Assembly (NCBI RefSeq): GCF_009914755.1
Contig: NC_060925.1
Length of the DNA: 64,000 nt
Strand: one strand, 5' to 3'
Source of the DNA: the human T2T-CHM13v2.0 reference genome, Homo sapiens
Of this stretch, positions 39,715-54,601 are shown one piece after another. Every line of letters begins with the position of its first letter. The first letter of the stretch is position 1. Under the pieces are notes generated by a model that did not search any database, was not told the origin of the DNA, and saw only the letters and a list, made by a program, of their open reading frames with translations. Both the position numbers and the translations under genes were made by a program.

Positions 39715-40472
39715 CATACATACATACATACATACATACATACATACATACATAGATGATAGATAGACAGACAATAGATAGCTAGATGATAGATGGGATG
39801 ATAGATAGATGATATATAGATAGATGATAGAGAAATAGATACATAGACAGATGATAGATAGATGATAGATAGGATGATAGATGGAATGATAGATAGATGA
39901 TATATACATAGATGATAGATACATAGATAGATGATAGATACCTAGATAGATGATAGATACATAGATGATAGATACATAGATACATAGACAGATGATGGAA
40001 TGATAGATGATAGATAGATAGTAGATAGATGATAGATAGATAGATAGATGATAGATGATAGATGATAGATAGATTAGATAGATAGATAGTTGATAGATGA
40101 TAGATTGGTAGATGATAATTAGATTGATAGATAGATAGATGATAGATAGATAGATGCTATAACATCTGTGTGAAGGCTTTTGTGTGGTCAGAAGTTTTTA
40201 ACTCATTTGGGTAAATACCAAGGAACACAATTGCTGCATCATATGGGAGGAATATGTTTAGTTTTGTAAGAAATCACCAAACTGTCTTCCAAAGTGGTTG
40301 TACCATTTTGCATTCCCACCAGCAGTGAATGAATTCTTGTTTCTCCACATCCTCACCAGCACTGGGTGTTGTCAGTGTTCTGAATTGTTGCCATTCTGTT
40401 AGGTGTGTAGAATCTGAACTTTTAACAAGTTCTCCAGGCATGTCTTACACTTTCTAAGACTGACAGCCACTC
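39455..40472. mobile_element. MER5A remnant split by an L1MC-like fragment (-) that contains an MLT2 stub and the GATA array
   Basis: MER5A pieces at about 39455-39570 and 40411-40472. L1 pieces at about 39580-39612 and 40156-40410. MLT2 start AATCAAGGTTCACTAGAGAAATAGTCAATAGG at about 39614. Confidence 0.55.
39664..40155. repeat. Compound tetranucleotide STR (GATA)12(CATA)10 followed by about 400 bp of degenerate GATA/GAT
   Basis: GATA x12 at 39667-39714 and CATA x10 at 39715-39754, counted directly. Confidence 0.95.
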
Positions 40473-41248
40473 TGCAGAGGTGTATCCACTATTTGAGAAA
40501 TTGGGAGCAACTTTGCTGAAGAAACTGGAACTTCAGAAAAGCAGCCCCAGGATCTCTGGAACTTCGGCTAAGGTTCTAAGTCTCCCAAAGGACCTCAGGG
40601 TCTGCATTTCATTTTGCTCTGCACGAGGTTAATAACCACCAAGTAATGCCTCAGCCTGGGGGATCAGAAACTCCTGGAACCTACCAGAAAGCTTGTGAAG
40701 AGTCCTCAGGTGATGGGGAGGGGTTGCTTTATTTGATTGGTTTTGTTTTTGAAAAGGCTAGGTTCAAACCTCCAAATGTATATTCCAGCCACCATCAGCC
40801 CATACACAGAATGCTTTCAGCTTTGGTCCCTGTTAGTTATTGCAGGAACATAAAGCAGCCACCATGCACAGCAGCTTCAATCTCAGGCACTCTGTGAGCT
40901 TGCCAGAGTCATGGTCCCCGGCCCACCCCCAAGGGCTGGGTGACGCACAAATCTTGAGTCAACAGTTTCCAGCACTGAAGAGGCACTGGCCTTGAGCCAG
41001 CTATCTCCAGCACATGCCCAGTTGCCCCAGGGCTCATGCTTTATCCTTGGAGGGCTTGGCAGCCTCACGGCCTGCTCTTGTTCAGCTTACTGAGTGTGGT
41101 GAGTGCCCAGCTTCCCTTTCAAGGGCTGAGCAGAGGCTGGTCCGCCTACAAAGTTAAAGCAACTTTAACTGAACTGTCTTGCAAAGCAGTCCCAGGATCT
41201 GTTCATACTCTCTGGACATTAATTGCTCTCTGTGGTGGGTGCCCCTTC

Positions 41249-41548
41249 TTTTTTTATTATTATTTTATAATTTTATTTTATTTTAATTTTTTTTAGAGAT
41301 GAGGTCTCACTCTGACACCCAAGCAAAGGGCAGTGGTGTGATCATAGCTCACTGCAGCCTCCAAACTCCTGAGCGATCAAGTGATCCTCACACCTCAGCC
41401 TCCCAAGTAGCTGGGACTACAGACCTGCGTCACCATGCCCAGATAATATTTTAAAATGTTTTGTTTTTTTTTTTGTAGAGACAGGGTTTTGCTTTGTTGT
41501 CCAGGCTGGTCTCAAACTCCTGGCTTCAAGCAATCCTCCCACTTCAGC
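41249..41548 (-). mobile_element. AluJ, 5'-truncated by about 40 bp
   Basis: T-rich tail followed by reverse-complement Alu ending at CCCACTTCAGC. Confidence 0.9.
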
Positions 41549-42510
41549 TCTGGTTGATGGGAAGTAGTGGGATTTGATCTCAGTTTTCTGTTCTCAGTTT
41601 GTTCAGTGTGTCTAGGAAATGGGGCTGATGCATCTAGGATAGATCAAAAAGAATGCACTCATTTCAATACAAATAAATTGCTGCAGCCTCATTCTGCTAG
41701 GGAGGTGGAGTCCTGATGCTTTCCCCCAGCTACTCTGGAGAACAAGACCAAACCAATCCCTCCCTCTCTGTGTGGATCAGTTTTCATATTATTGAGGACA
41801 CAGTGCACCTCTAGGTGATTGTGGGGTCACTTCGGTACCAAGCCTAGCTCAGCAGATTTAATTTAAGACAAGCCTTAATAGGCACATCATAGAGGAGAAT
41901 CTGCCAGACAGACTGAAATCTGGGAAAAAGATCTGTAGGTGAGGCCACTAAGACCCCACTGCAGCCTGGGGAAAGGAGAAACTCATTTTCCCCCACCAGG
42001 CCCTAAGACAGTCTTTTAGGGTAGAATAGACTCGCCAGACATGGGATGCGGGGAGCAGAGTTGGAGCCTGGTCCCTGCTGAGAGCGGTGTGCTTTAATCC
42101 CTTCATTCCTTTGGACTTCTATTTTCTCCAAAGAATAGTCAGTGCAGCCAAAATCTAACCCAGGAAGTGTAAACTCCTCTGCCAAATGTGGGAGAGCCGC
42201 TTAGGATGACAGTGATGGGCCTGCTGTCTTCATGAAGGATGTCAGTAAGACCCTACAAGAGCAGAGCCCTTACTGGTGGCCATGAAGCAATCCCAGTGTT
42301 TGTCTGGACCCTCCTGCAAACCCAGCTGTGTGGCTCTTCCTGGGTCTGGGAAGCCAGGATTCAGCTTATGACAAAGAGAAGTTCCTGGTCATGGGAACTA
42401 TGGTCATGACCATAGTTCAGTTGTTCATATATCTTGTGTGATTTTCATTCAAAGTGAAAGCTCAGCCTGTTGTAGGCAGGAAGCAAGCAAAGACAATGGC
42501 AGAGACCTGA

Positions 42511-42658
42511 TGAGTTCGCCTGCTGGGGCTGCCCAACACAGTGGCCTAGGCTGGGTGGGAGGCTGAGAGCCAGGCGTTGGCAGGGCTGGTTTCCTCTGAG
42601 GCCTCTCTGTGGCTTGGAGATGGCCATCTCCCCACGTGGGCTGTCTCCCTCACATGGT

Positions 42659-42703
<45 letters not shown>

Positions 42704-42874
42704 TCATCTCTTCTTATAAGGACAACAGTCGGATTGGATTAGGCCCCCCCTAAAGACCTCATTTTATCTTAATCAGCTCTTTAAAGGCCTTGTCTCCAAA
42801 CAGTCACGATCTGAGGTGCTGGGGGTTAGGACTTCACCATGTGAATTTGAGGGGACCCAATTCAGCCCCTAATA
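42511..42874 (-). mobile_element. MLT1A-type MaLR solo LTR with internal (GT)19
   Basis: CTTCTTATAAGGACAACAGTC...GGGGTTAGGACTTCA...CAATTCAGCCC. Perfect 5-bp TSD CCTGA at 42506-42510 and 42875-42879. (GT)19 at 42664-42701. Confidence 0.88.
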
Positions 42875-43411
42875 CCTGATGAGCTTCTCTCTTTGCTGGC
42901 ATTTCCACCCCCATCTCTCCCTCACTCTGACCTCTCCAGGACTACAGCAGGGATGGGCAGCGCTGTACCAGGCAGGGAGGGATTGTGTTTGTCAGCCTGA
43001 GATCCAGCTTTGGAATGCTGGCCATGGCCTATGGGAAAACTGTCTTCCTCTCAGGAACGTCTTCTTGGGTCCCTGGGGAGCCCTCTCCTGATTTCTGGGA
43101 ACCTCTCACCCCCTGCTCTCTTGATGAGGGTGACACACCATCCATGCAGTCACCATCAACTCCCGTTCAGCCCTAGATTCTCAGAGGCTCACCTCCACAC
43201 AGGGCAGCCGGGGGACATTCTCTGAGGAGTGTAAAGGGCAAGGACATGGAGGAGAGCCTGGGCCTGCTCTGTCACGTCCTTTCTGCTGGAAACACAGGTG
43301 CATCCCTTCCCAGGGTGGACAACTTCCCACCAGCACCCTTGGTCTCACTCCCTCTCCTTCACCCCCGAGATTCCACAGGCCAGGGCAGACCAGTCCACTG
43401 TGTCCCCATCA

Positions 43412-43852
<441 letters not shown>

Positions 43853-43967
43853 CTAGGATGGCACCACACTGGGTCCAGAGACCTCTGGAGCTGGCTCCCG
43901 TCTTTGGAACATGGGGGTGCTGGCTACTTACTGACTTGTGCCTCATGTGAGACTGAGGCAGAATCGC

Positions 43968-44195
43968 ACAAGTGGACATAGAGTGTGGAAGAATAGCCGA
44001 TGGAGGCTTAGGAGGGAAGGAGGGGAGGAGGGTGAGGGGTAAGGGGTTACTCAATGGATACAGTGCACATCTGAGTGACAGTTACACTAAAGCCCAGACT
44101 TCACCACTGCACAACATATTCATGTGACAAAACTGCACTGCAGCCCTTAAATTTACACAAATAAAACATATAAAAATAAAAGTAAGTAAATAAAT
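43968..44195 (+). mobile_element. L1 3' end fragment (L1MA1-3/L1PB4-type)
   Basis: CTAAAGCCCAGACTTCACCACTGCACAACATATTCATGTGACAAAACTGCACT followed by an A-rich tail. Confidence 0.8.
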
Positions 44196-44468
44196 GCACA
44201 TTATCAGGGTGGAAGCGGGGTGGGCAGGGAAGCTTGGCTCGGCAGTCACTCTCTGTGGGAAGCGTAATGGGTGGCTGATAGGACAGAGGCAGCTTTTTCC
44301 TTCCTAAACATGGGGCTCTGGGGCCAGGCAAGCCAGCACCGTGGGCTCAGGGCTCTGTGGGCTGAAGACCTTCACTCCCATAGGCATGGTGAACCGAACC
44401 ATGCTTTTCTATGGCATTTGCTCAATCCTATTCAAGGACAGACCAGTTAAGGCAGCAAAACATCATCA

Positions 44469-44783
<315 letters not shown>

Positions 44784-46505
44784 TTATGTTTTAATATGAT
44801 TAATAATAATCACATAAAATGTTTATAAATACATAAAGTTCAAAGGAAAAACACAAGCCTACAGGCAGGAGAGAGCACGTGTGAAGGAGTAAGGAAGAGG
44901 AGTGGGCACCCCAGCCCACAGGAGGGCAGAGGGAGCTCAGAGGCGGCCGGGGAGGCCACACTCAGGAGGCTGTGTTTTATCCGCGGGTGTCCTTCTTCCA
45001 AGGGTTGTGAATCTGTTCTGAAATTGCCTTAAACATACTAAATCTAACGCTCCCTATCTAAATCACGGTGTTAAACCTTCCTCAGCTTACGGCATCATTC
45101 CTGATGTTTCAAGCTAACAATCCCTTTTAGGCTTGTCTGTTCTTTTACGGAGGACATGCTGTATGTCTTTTCTGATCCCAGAATACTAGGATCCTTTTTC
45201 CTTGATTAGAGTCCCTGGCTTTCCTTTTCCTCTCTCTCTGTGGATGGATGCACCAAGCAGCAGAAGTCCCAGAGCCTCCACGTTGCTCACAACTCCCTGG
45301 ATGCCTCTCACCAGACGGGCTTTCTCCAGTTGGTCTCACTTACCCTGACTGTACTCTGGTGTGGAAGGCAAAGGAGTGAAGAGTGAAGAGAAGGCCAATC
45401 TCAGAACCCTGGCCACGCCTTTAGTTACGGCTTTTCCTTTGGGGGGCTGGACTTGAATAAGCTTAAGTTACCATTTCCTCAGTTGGTGGCCCAACACCAT
45501 CATCTACCCAGATGAGGCTGGCTTTCTCGTGCAGACATTCATTCTCCTCTGTCCCCTTTATCCCTGCCCCCAGTCCCACCCTCTCATCATCACACTCTCT
45601 TACTATGGATCAGCACCCTCCCGCCCTCCCGCCATGCCTGTCTGTGTGTAAGTGTGCATGCACGTGTGGCTACCAAATGTGTAGTATTGCTTGGTATATA
45701 TTTGGTTTACATAAATAATTTACTGTCTGCCTCATTATTTAACTTTCTTCGTTCAGCATTAGGTTTTTGAGTTCTGTCAACGTTGAAAAACTGAAATTTA
45801 GTTCCTTCCTTTTGTCTCCTCCAAGGTCATTTAGATCCAAGAAGTCCCTTGTCCTCACTCTGAGGGGCTGGTGCTTGGGGAGGACAGCATCTAGGCAGAG
45901 TCATGAGAGAAGGGAGGTCCCTGCTGGGAGAGAGGACAACACGAATGAGGGACTGGGTGTGTCACCAACAAGGTACACTCAGAAGAGAAATACTCAAATT
46001 ACAGCAGGGAAGATTGAGATCATCTGTAAAAGAGAACTTCCTGGCATCCAGGCTTACTGAATTCTGGACTTGCTGGGAGCTGTAACGGGCCTCTGTCTCA
46101 CTGCCTTTAAACAAAGAGCAGCCTTTTTTGCAAGCAGACTAACCAAATGGCTTTCCCATCCCATTGTTTTCTGATTATTGAATGTTCCATGGACAGCAAG
46201 AGAAAAATTCCAGCAGGTCTAGGACAAAGGGATGGGAATGGTGGAGTACACCCAGGTTTCCCTGGTGTTTCTGAGATCCCAGGAAGTCTCCCCTGGGAGC
46301 ATCAGCCAGGGTGCCCTTCTGAGCTCACCAGGTGTTCACCACACTATTTAAGACAGTAGTCTTAAGAGACACTGTCTCTGACACACTGTCTGTACTTTCA
46401 GGATACAACGTATGTTCACTGAATAAACCTTGGATATACTCTACCTCCCATTCCATTTCTAAAGCCTAGCAGTATTAGCCAATATTCGCATTACCCTTGG
46501 TCTAC

Positions 46506-48230
46506 TTATTTATTCATTCATTCAGCAAAGATTTACTGGGTTTGTGCCAAGCCAGGAACTGTGCCATAAGCTCAATGGATAGATAGAAGCTGTCCCTACT
46601 CTCCGATGATTTACATACAATAAATAAGTCAGGCAATTACCTGTGCCAATGAAATATGGTAAGCTAAGTCAAGGGAGAGAGGAAATTCTGTGGTGTGTAG
46701 AGGGCTGATGTTTTGGAGGGGGTCAAGGATGGCGTCTGATTCTGGCAGGGTGACATCCAAACTGAAATGAGAAACAATAATCAGGTTAAACAAAAGGAGA
46801 CAGAAGAGCAAGGATCCCAGGCAGCAGGAACAACTGATAGGAAGGCTTGGAATCAAGGGAGGTGGCGAGGATGTGAACAAAGAAGAGAACGGCTCCCAGC
46901 ACCTAGGGATGCTGCTGCAGAGTGATGACAGAAGAGACCAGGGCCAGATCCTAAGCTGCCTCAAGCATTGAATTCTATCCAAGGGCAATGAGAAGCTGTT
47001 GAAATGTTTTCTGCAAGAAAATGACATCATGATCAGATATGTGTGTTTGCTGCTGTGGGGAGAAGATATCGGAGAAGGGCAAAGACAGGAGAGCAGTTAG
47101 GGATCTGTTTCAATAAACTAGACCTGGGTCTAGTATGTACCAGGCCCTGTACAGGTACCAGAAATAAAACAGTGAGCAAAAAGGGAAAGACTCCTGTTTT
47201 CGTGGAGCTTACAATTCAAAGGGGGATCCAAAAATCAATTGACCACAACGGTGAATGTGTAGTTATAAACAAAGGTCAATTTTCCAATGGAAAAGAACAG
47301 GATTCTTTGACAACATTTAGCAAAGGAACCTGCAGTGAGAAGTAATGGTGGTATGGACTGAGGTCTTTCTGGAAGGGAGAAAGAAGTGAAGAATGTCCTA
47401 GATACTTGGGTGTAGAAGGGGAAGGAGGGAGGAGTGAAGGGAGAGGACATTTTCTGGCTGAAGTAGCTGGGAGGATGGAGGTTTTATTCTGAGCAAGAGA
47501 GATCTCAGATCACAGGAGGCAGAGCTGACTCTAGTGATGGGCACATGGGGTGTAAGCACCCACAGCCATCCAGAAGGAGCTGTCCGGCTGGCAGGTCAGT
47601 ATAGTTCCAAAGGTCGGCAGAAGGGGATGAGGTGTTGTCAGTTCACAGGTGGAAATAAAGCCTTGCGGCTTGATGAAGTTGCTCAGCAAAGAGGAGGAAA
47701 GAGCAGAGGAGAGACAAGAAGAGTTCCTACCGCTGAGCCCTGGGAACACAGCACTTAGGGGATAAATGGAGTACAAAGGAGGGCCTCTCAACAGGAGCCT
47801 GAGGAAAAGCAGGGAGAGCAGGGGAAGAAAACCCTGACAACTGGTTGTCAAAAAAGGGTGGGGGTGGGAGTGTTTCAAGAAGTGAGAGGAATACTGATTC
47901 AAACGTTGCCAAAAGAAAAGTCAGACTAGGACCATGAAGTAAGCCAGGTAAGCCGGGAAGGACAGAGGCCTTGTTTGAGCACCACTGAAACTCAGGGCCT
48001 CCAACAGGTCTGGCACATCCCAGGCAATTAATCCAAGTTAGTCGCTGCCCAAATTTCTGAAAGAAAAATGCAGACCTGTGTGAGAGCAATTCCAACAGAG
48101 CGGTGGGGTGACTATCAAAGAGCAATGAGTTAAGAGGTAAGAAAGCAGAGATGCCTGGTGTGGACCCCGCTTTCAAGCAGTTTCCTGTGAATCTGGAAAG
48201 AGACAACAGTAGGGAGGACTGATTTAAAGA
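46506..48230 (-). mobile_element. Extended L2 remnants (probably more than one copy); a + strand MIR follows at about 48285-48465
   Basis: L2 3' terminus antisense ATTCATTCATTCAGCAAAGATTTACTG, plus typical purine-rich L2 body motifs. Confidence 0.75.
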
Positions 48231-48689
48231 CCACCCAGAACCACGATGTGGAAGCACGTTCTGGGGATGAGGCCTGGAAGACAGCATAGTTGAGGCCTAT
48301 CTTTGAATCCAGCTGCCACTCACTTATTGGATAACCTAGGTTAAAACCTCTCTAAGTTTCTGTCTCCTCATATACGAAATGAAGATAATGCTAGAACATT
48401 TCTTATAGGTTGGAAGAACTGAATGTGTAAATAAGTAGAAAACACTTAGCTATTGATATTATTACTTTTTTTTAACATTGTTCTGGTTATATGGTGATCA
48501 AATAGTTGTGAATGTGTTCTGAAGACTCTAAAATACTGTCCAAATGTAATAATCCACATAGAAACTGAGTTGTATGACCTCAAACATTCATAGAACATTT
48601 GCACATTGACAAAAAGGTGTGTGTGTGGTAGGGGGTCAGTAACTGCTATTTGGTACCTACTTAATCACTCTGCTGTACTTTCACTGTTC

Positions 48690-48847
48690 TTTTTTTCTCT
48701 CTCTCTCTCTCTTTATTTTTATTTTTTGTAGAGATGGGGGTCTCACTCTGTTGTTCAGGCTGGTCTCAAACTCCTGGCCTCAAGCAATCCTCCCACCTCA
48801 GCCTCCCAAAGTGCTGGGATTATGAGTGTGAGCCACTGTGCCTGGGC
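48690..48847 (-). mobile_element. FLAM_C monomer
   Basis: TSD ACTTTCACTGTTC (48677-48689) / ACTTTCACTCTTC (48848-48860). Confidence 0.9.
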
Positions 48848-50231
48848 ACTTTCACTCTTCATGGGACCAGTGGTGGCAGATCCAGGGATGTTGAACAAAA
48901 CATAAAACAAAACAATAGAGGTTTCCCTCATGGCTGGAAGAACCTGAAATTGTCAGAACCATGCAGTTCCGACTCTGTTCTTCAATTATAAGGAGTTGAA
49001 TGATCAATGGCAGGGACCTTAACTTCCCAACTTTTCCTCCAAGCAAGCAGTAAGTATTCAAAAAATAGGGGAGTAAGATAATCATCCTTTCTTACATTTA
49101 TTAACAGACTTTTACTGAGCATCAAGAAGGTGCCAAATATCATACTCAGAACTCTTTTAACATAGTGATTTTAAAAGATTATAAAATGTATGAGCCCAAA
49201 ATACCAATCAACACCAAAGACTTAGCTGGACAATCAAAGCTGGACAATCAAAGTACTCCAGAGCTGCTGGTGGATTCAAAGTACAAGAGCAAATGTCAAA
49301 TAACAGCCTGCATGTCTGGAGGCACGTATTCCAACCCTATTAATGGGCTCATACATCCCTTCATATGAGTGTTCATTCAATATATATTCACTAACCACCT
49401 ATCCTGTGGAAGGTGCTAAGTGCTGGGTGTCCAAGAACAAAAAGGAATTAGGTCCTGCCCTCAATAGACCTATATCCTAACAAAGAAGTTTGCAATTATT
49501 AATCATTCTTCTCAGTATTAGGTGGGTGGGTCCTAGACAAGTCAAACTCTGAGATATCTACTTCTTTAAAATGAAGAGTTTACTAGAAGAATATCTCCAA
49601 GGCCAATTCTAGTTCAAATCCATATGCATGTGCATTTTCTTTGTAACAGAAAAAATTAGTAAGTCTGTATTTTGAGCTCATTATCAGTTATTGTTAAAAG
49701 GGTCTTAAGCCCTACGGATGTAAGGTTTTGGCAGCAAACACTGAGGCTGATCACCAAGGCCCAGCATGTTGGGCTGAACAGTTTGCCTTCTTGTGTTCAT
49801 CCAGTTGTGGCAGAGATTTGTCAGTGGTATTTGTTCTCAGTATTGCACAGTGAGGCAAGAGGCACGGTTTCAAGATCCCTGAAAAACAATTTCAACCTCT
49901 ATAAAGCTCTACTGATGGCCAATGGCTGATCCCAGAGCTGAATTAGTGGAGCTTGTATTTATTTTTCTCCTATCCTCTACAGCACTCAAAAACAGGAAAC
50001 TGTGCCATCATTACAGAAAGGGACAATTCAGTATAGAATAGTAATTGATAACATCTCACTTCTGTGGGCCCCAGGAATCCCCAAGAGGCTTGTTTTTAGT
50101 TTACTTTAGAATTACCTATGAAAGGAAAGTTTTGCTAAACAAGTAGTAAGGCAAAAATGCTACAAGGTTAAGGTTTACTTAATTAAGAGGCAGTATTTTA
50201 TAGGTTTATAGGTTCTTTTAAAAAAAATCCA

Positions 50232-50483
<252 letters not shown>

Positions 50484-52357
50484 TGAGCAGTTTGTATTGT
50501 CAGGATGAGTTACAAGCTCCTGGCTGTCAGCATGTTTGTTCCTCAGGCTCAACTCCATGTGTAACGTTTCAATACCTGCATCATTTCTGTCTTCCCATCT
50601 GCCTTGCGATTCTGATTTAGTCATCTGTTCAGTTACCTCTTGATTCCCAGTACCACCTGCTTTTCTTACATTTTTTTAAACCAAGAGACTCTAATTTTGA
50701 AAGCAACTTCAGATTGACAGAAAAACTCAACAGAAAATACAAAGTCCTGTGTACTTTCTTCCTCCCCACCTTCCCCTATTATTCATATTTTGCATTAGTG
50801 TGGTGCATTTGTTACAATTGGTGAGCCAATGTCTATACAATTTAAGGGCTCACTCTTTGCGTGGTACACTGTACAAATTGTGACAAATGCGTAATGACAT
50901 GTATCTGCTATTACAGTGTCATGCCGAGTAGTTTCATACCCTAAGAATCCTCCATTCTCTGCCTGTTCATTGCTCCCTCCCCTGCCTAAGCCTCTGGCAA
51001 CCACTGATCTTTGTACTGTCTCCATGGTTGTGCCTTTTCCAGAATGTCGTACAGTTGGAATCATACAGGACGTAGCCTTTTCAGATTGGCTTCTTTCACT
51101 GGTACTATGCCTTTGAGGTTCTTCCAAGTCTTTTCATGGCTTAATAGTTCATTTCTGTTTATCATAAATAGTATTTCATTGTGTGAATGTACCACAGTTT
51201 GTTTATCCTACAGGACATCTTGGTTGCTCCCAGGTTTGGCAATTGTGAAGAAAACCACCATAAACATTCCTGTGCAGTTTTCTGTGAGGACATAAGTTTT
51301 CAATTCATTTGGGTTTATTCCTAGGAGTGCAATTGCTGGATCATATGGTAACTGCTTACTTTTATAAGAAACTGCCAAACTATCCTCTAAAGTGGCTGTT
51401 TCATTTTGTGTTCCCACCAGCAATGAATGAACGTTCCTGTTGCTCCACATTCTCATCAGCATTTGGTGTTGTCAGTGTTTTGGATTTGGGCCATTCCAAT
51501 AGGTGTGTGGTACTCTCTTGTTGTTTTATTTGCAACTCCCTAATGACAGACGATGTGGAGCATCTTTTCATATGTTTATTTGCCATCCATACACCTTCTT
51601 TGGTGAGGTGTCTGTTTGAGTCTTTTGCCCATTCTTAAGTTGTTCACTTTTTTATTGTTGAGTTTTAGGAGTTCTGTGTCTATTTTGGATACCAGACCAT
51701 TATCACTTTGTGTTTTGCAAATATTTTTCCCCATCTTGTGAATTGTGTCTTATTTTTTTCACAGTGTCTCTCACAGAGCTGAAATGTTTAATTTTAGTAA
51801 AATCCAACCTACCAATGTTCTGTGCTATGAATGGTACTTTTGCTGTTGTGTCTAAAAAGTGATTGCCAAACCCAAAGTCACCTACATTTTCTCCTGTGTC
51901 ATCTTATAGGAGTTTTATGGTTTTCTGATTTACATTTAGGTCTATGATTCATTTTGAGTTAATTTTTGTGAAAGGTGAAAGATGCGTGTCTAGATTCACT
52001 GATTTGCATGTGAATATCCAGTTGTTCCAGCACCATGTGTTGAAAAGACTATCCTTTCTCCGTTGAATTTCCTTTGCTCCTTTGTCAAAGGTCAGTTGAT
52101 TATATTTGTGTGGGTCTATTTCTGGGCTCTTTTTTCTGTTCCATTGATCAGTTCATTTCTGTGCCAATGCCACACTGTCGTGATTATTGTGGCCTTATAG
52201 TCAGTCCTCCAACTTCAGGTCTTCTGCCTCTTCATATAAACTTTGGAATCAGTTTTTCAATATCCACAAAATAACTTTCTGTAATTTGGGTTGAGATTAC
52301 ATTGAATACATAGACCTAATTGGAAAGAACTGACATCTTGATAATATTGAGTCACCC

Positions 52358-53089
<732 letters not shown>

Positions 53090-53751
53090 CTCTCTATCCA
53101 TGTATGTGAAATCTCTCTCCACTTATTTAGATTTTCTTAGGTTTATTTCATCAGTTTTCTTATTTTCCTCATACAGATCTTGTACATAGTTTGTTAGATG
53201 TATACCTACATATTTCTTTCTCTTCTAGTTCTTATGTAAGTTGCATTTTGTTTTTAGTTTTAAATTTCAAGTGTTCATTGCTGGTATATTTTAAAAAACT
53301 GACTTTTGTATACTAACCTTGCATCCTGCAACCTTGCTATAATTGCTATTAGCTCCAGGAGTTTGGGGTAATTATGTCATTTGTGAACAAAGAAAATTTT
53401 GTTTCTTCCTTACCAAACTACATACCTTTTATTTCCTTTTCTTGTCATATTGCATTAACTAGGACTTCTAGTACTACTTTAAATGGGAGTGATGAGAGGG
53501 GATGTCCTTGCTTGTTCCTGATCTTAGTGGGAAAGCATCTAGTTTCTCACCATTAAATTTGATGTTAGCTCTGTATTTTTTATAGATGTTCTCCATGAAG
53601 TCGAGGAAGTTCCCCTGTATTCCTAGTTTGCTGGGAGTTGTTTTTGTTTTGTTTTATCATGAATGGATATTGGATTTTGTCAAATATTGTTCTGCATCTG
53701 TTGATATTGTCATAAGATTTTTCTTCTTTAGCCTATTGATGTATTGTATTA

Positions 53752-54129
53752 TGTTATGAGCTAAATGTGTGTGTCCCCTCAAAATTCATAGATTGAAGCC
53801 TTACACTGGTGTGACTGTATTTGGAGATAGGGCCTCTAAGAAAGTAATTACTGTTAAATAAAATCAGAAGGGTCTCTGATCTGATAGGACTAGTGTTCCC
53901 GTAAGAAAAGACGTCAGAGAGCATGCCCTCTCTTTCTCCATGCACACACACCGAGGAATGTGAGGACATAGCAAGAAAGTGGCCACCTGCAAGCCAAGAA
54001 GAGAGCCCTGACCAAAAACCCAATCTGCCAGCACATGATCTTGGACTCCTCAGGCTTCAAAGCTGTGAGAAAATAAATCTCTGTTGTTTAGGCCACCCAG
54101 TTGTGGCATTTTAGCAGCTAGACCAGACA
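53752..54129 (+). mobile_element. MLT1A-type MaLR solo LTR
   Basis: TGTTATGAGCTAAATGTGTGTGTCCCCTCAAAATTCATA start. TSD TATTA/GATTA. Confidence 0.85.
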
Positions 54130-54260
54130 GATTACATTAATTGACTTTCAAGTATTGAACCAGCCTTGCATACCTGGAAATATATCCCACTTGGTTGTGG
54201 TGTATAATTATCTTCATACATTGTTGAATTCAATTTGCTGATCTTTTGTTGAAGATTTCT

Positions 54261-54601
54261 AATTTTTACCTTTTATTCTTTTGGTTTTCGTTTGTTTGCT
54301 TGCTTTGTTTTGTTTTTGAGACAGGGTCTCACTCTGTCACTCAGGCTGCAGTGCAGTGTTGTGAACATGGCTCACTGCAGCCTTGATTTCCTGGGCTCAA
54401 GTGATCCTACCACCTCAGCCTCCTGAGTAGCTGGGACTATGGCCATGCACCACCATGCCCAGCTATTTTTTTCTATTTTCCGTAGAGACGGGGTCTCACT
54501 GTGCTGCCCAGGCTGATGTCAAACTCCTTGACCTCAAGTTATCTTCCTGTCCCAACCTCCCAAAGTGCTGGGATTACCAGAGTGAGCCACCATGCTTAGC
54601 C
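54261..54601 (-). mobile_element. AluJ nested in L1MC
   Basis: TSD TGTTGAAGATTTCT (54247-54260) / TGTTGGGAATTTCT (54602-54615). Confidence 0.92.

Noticed and set aside
39616-39985. Tyr/Leu/Ser/Ile-rich ORFs
   Set aside because: Translations of the TATC/TATG repeat.
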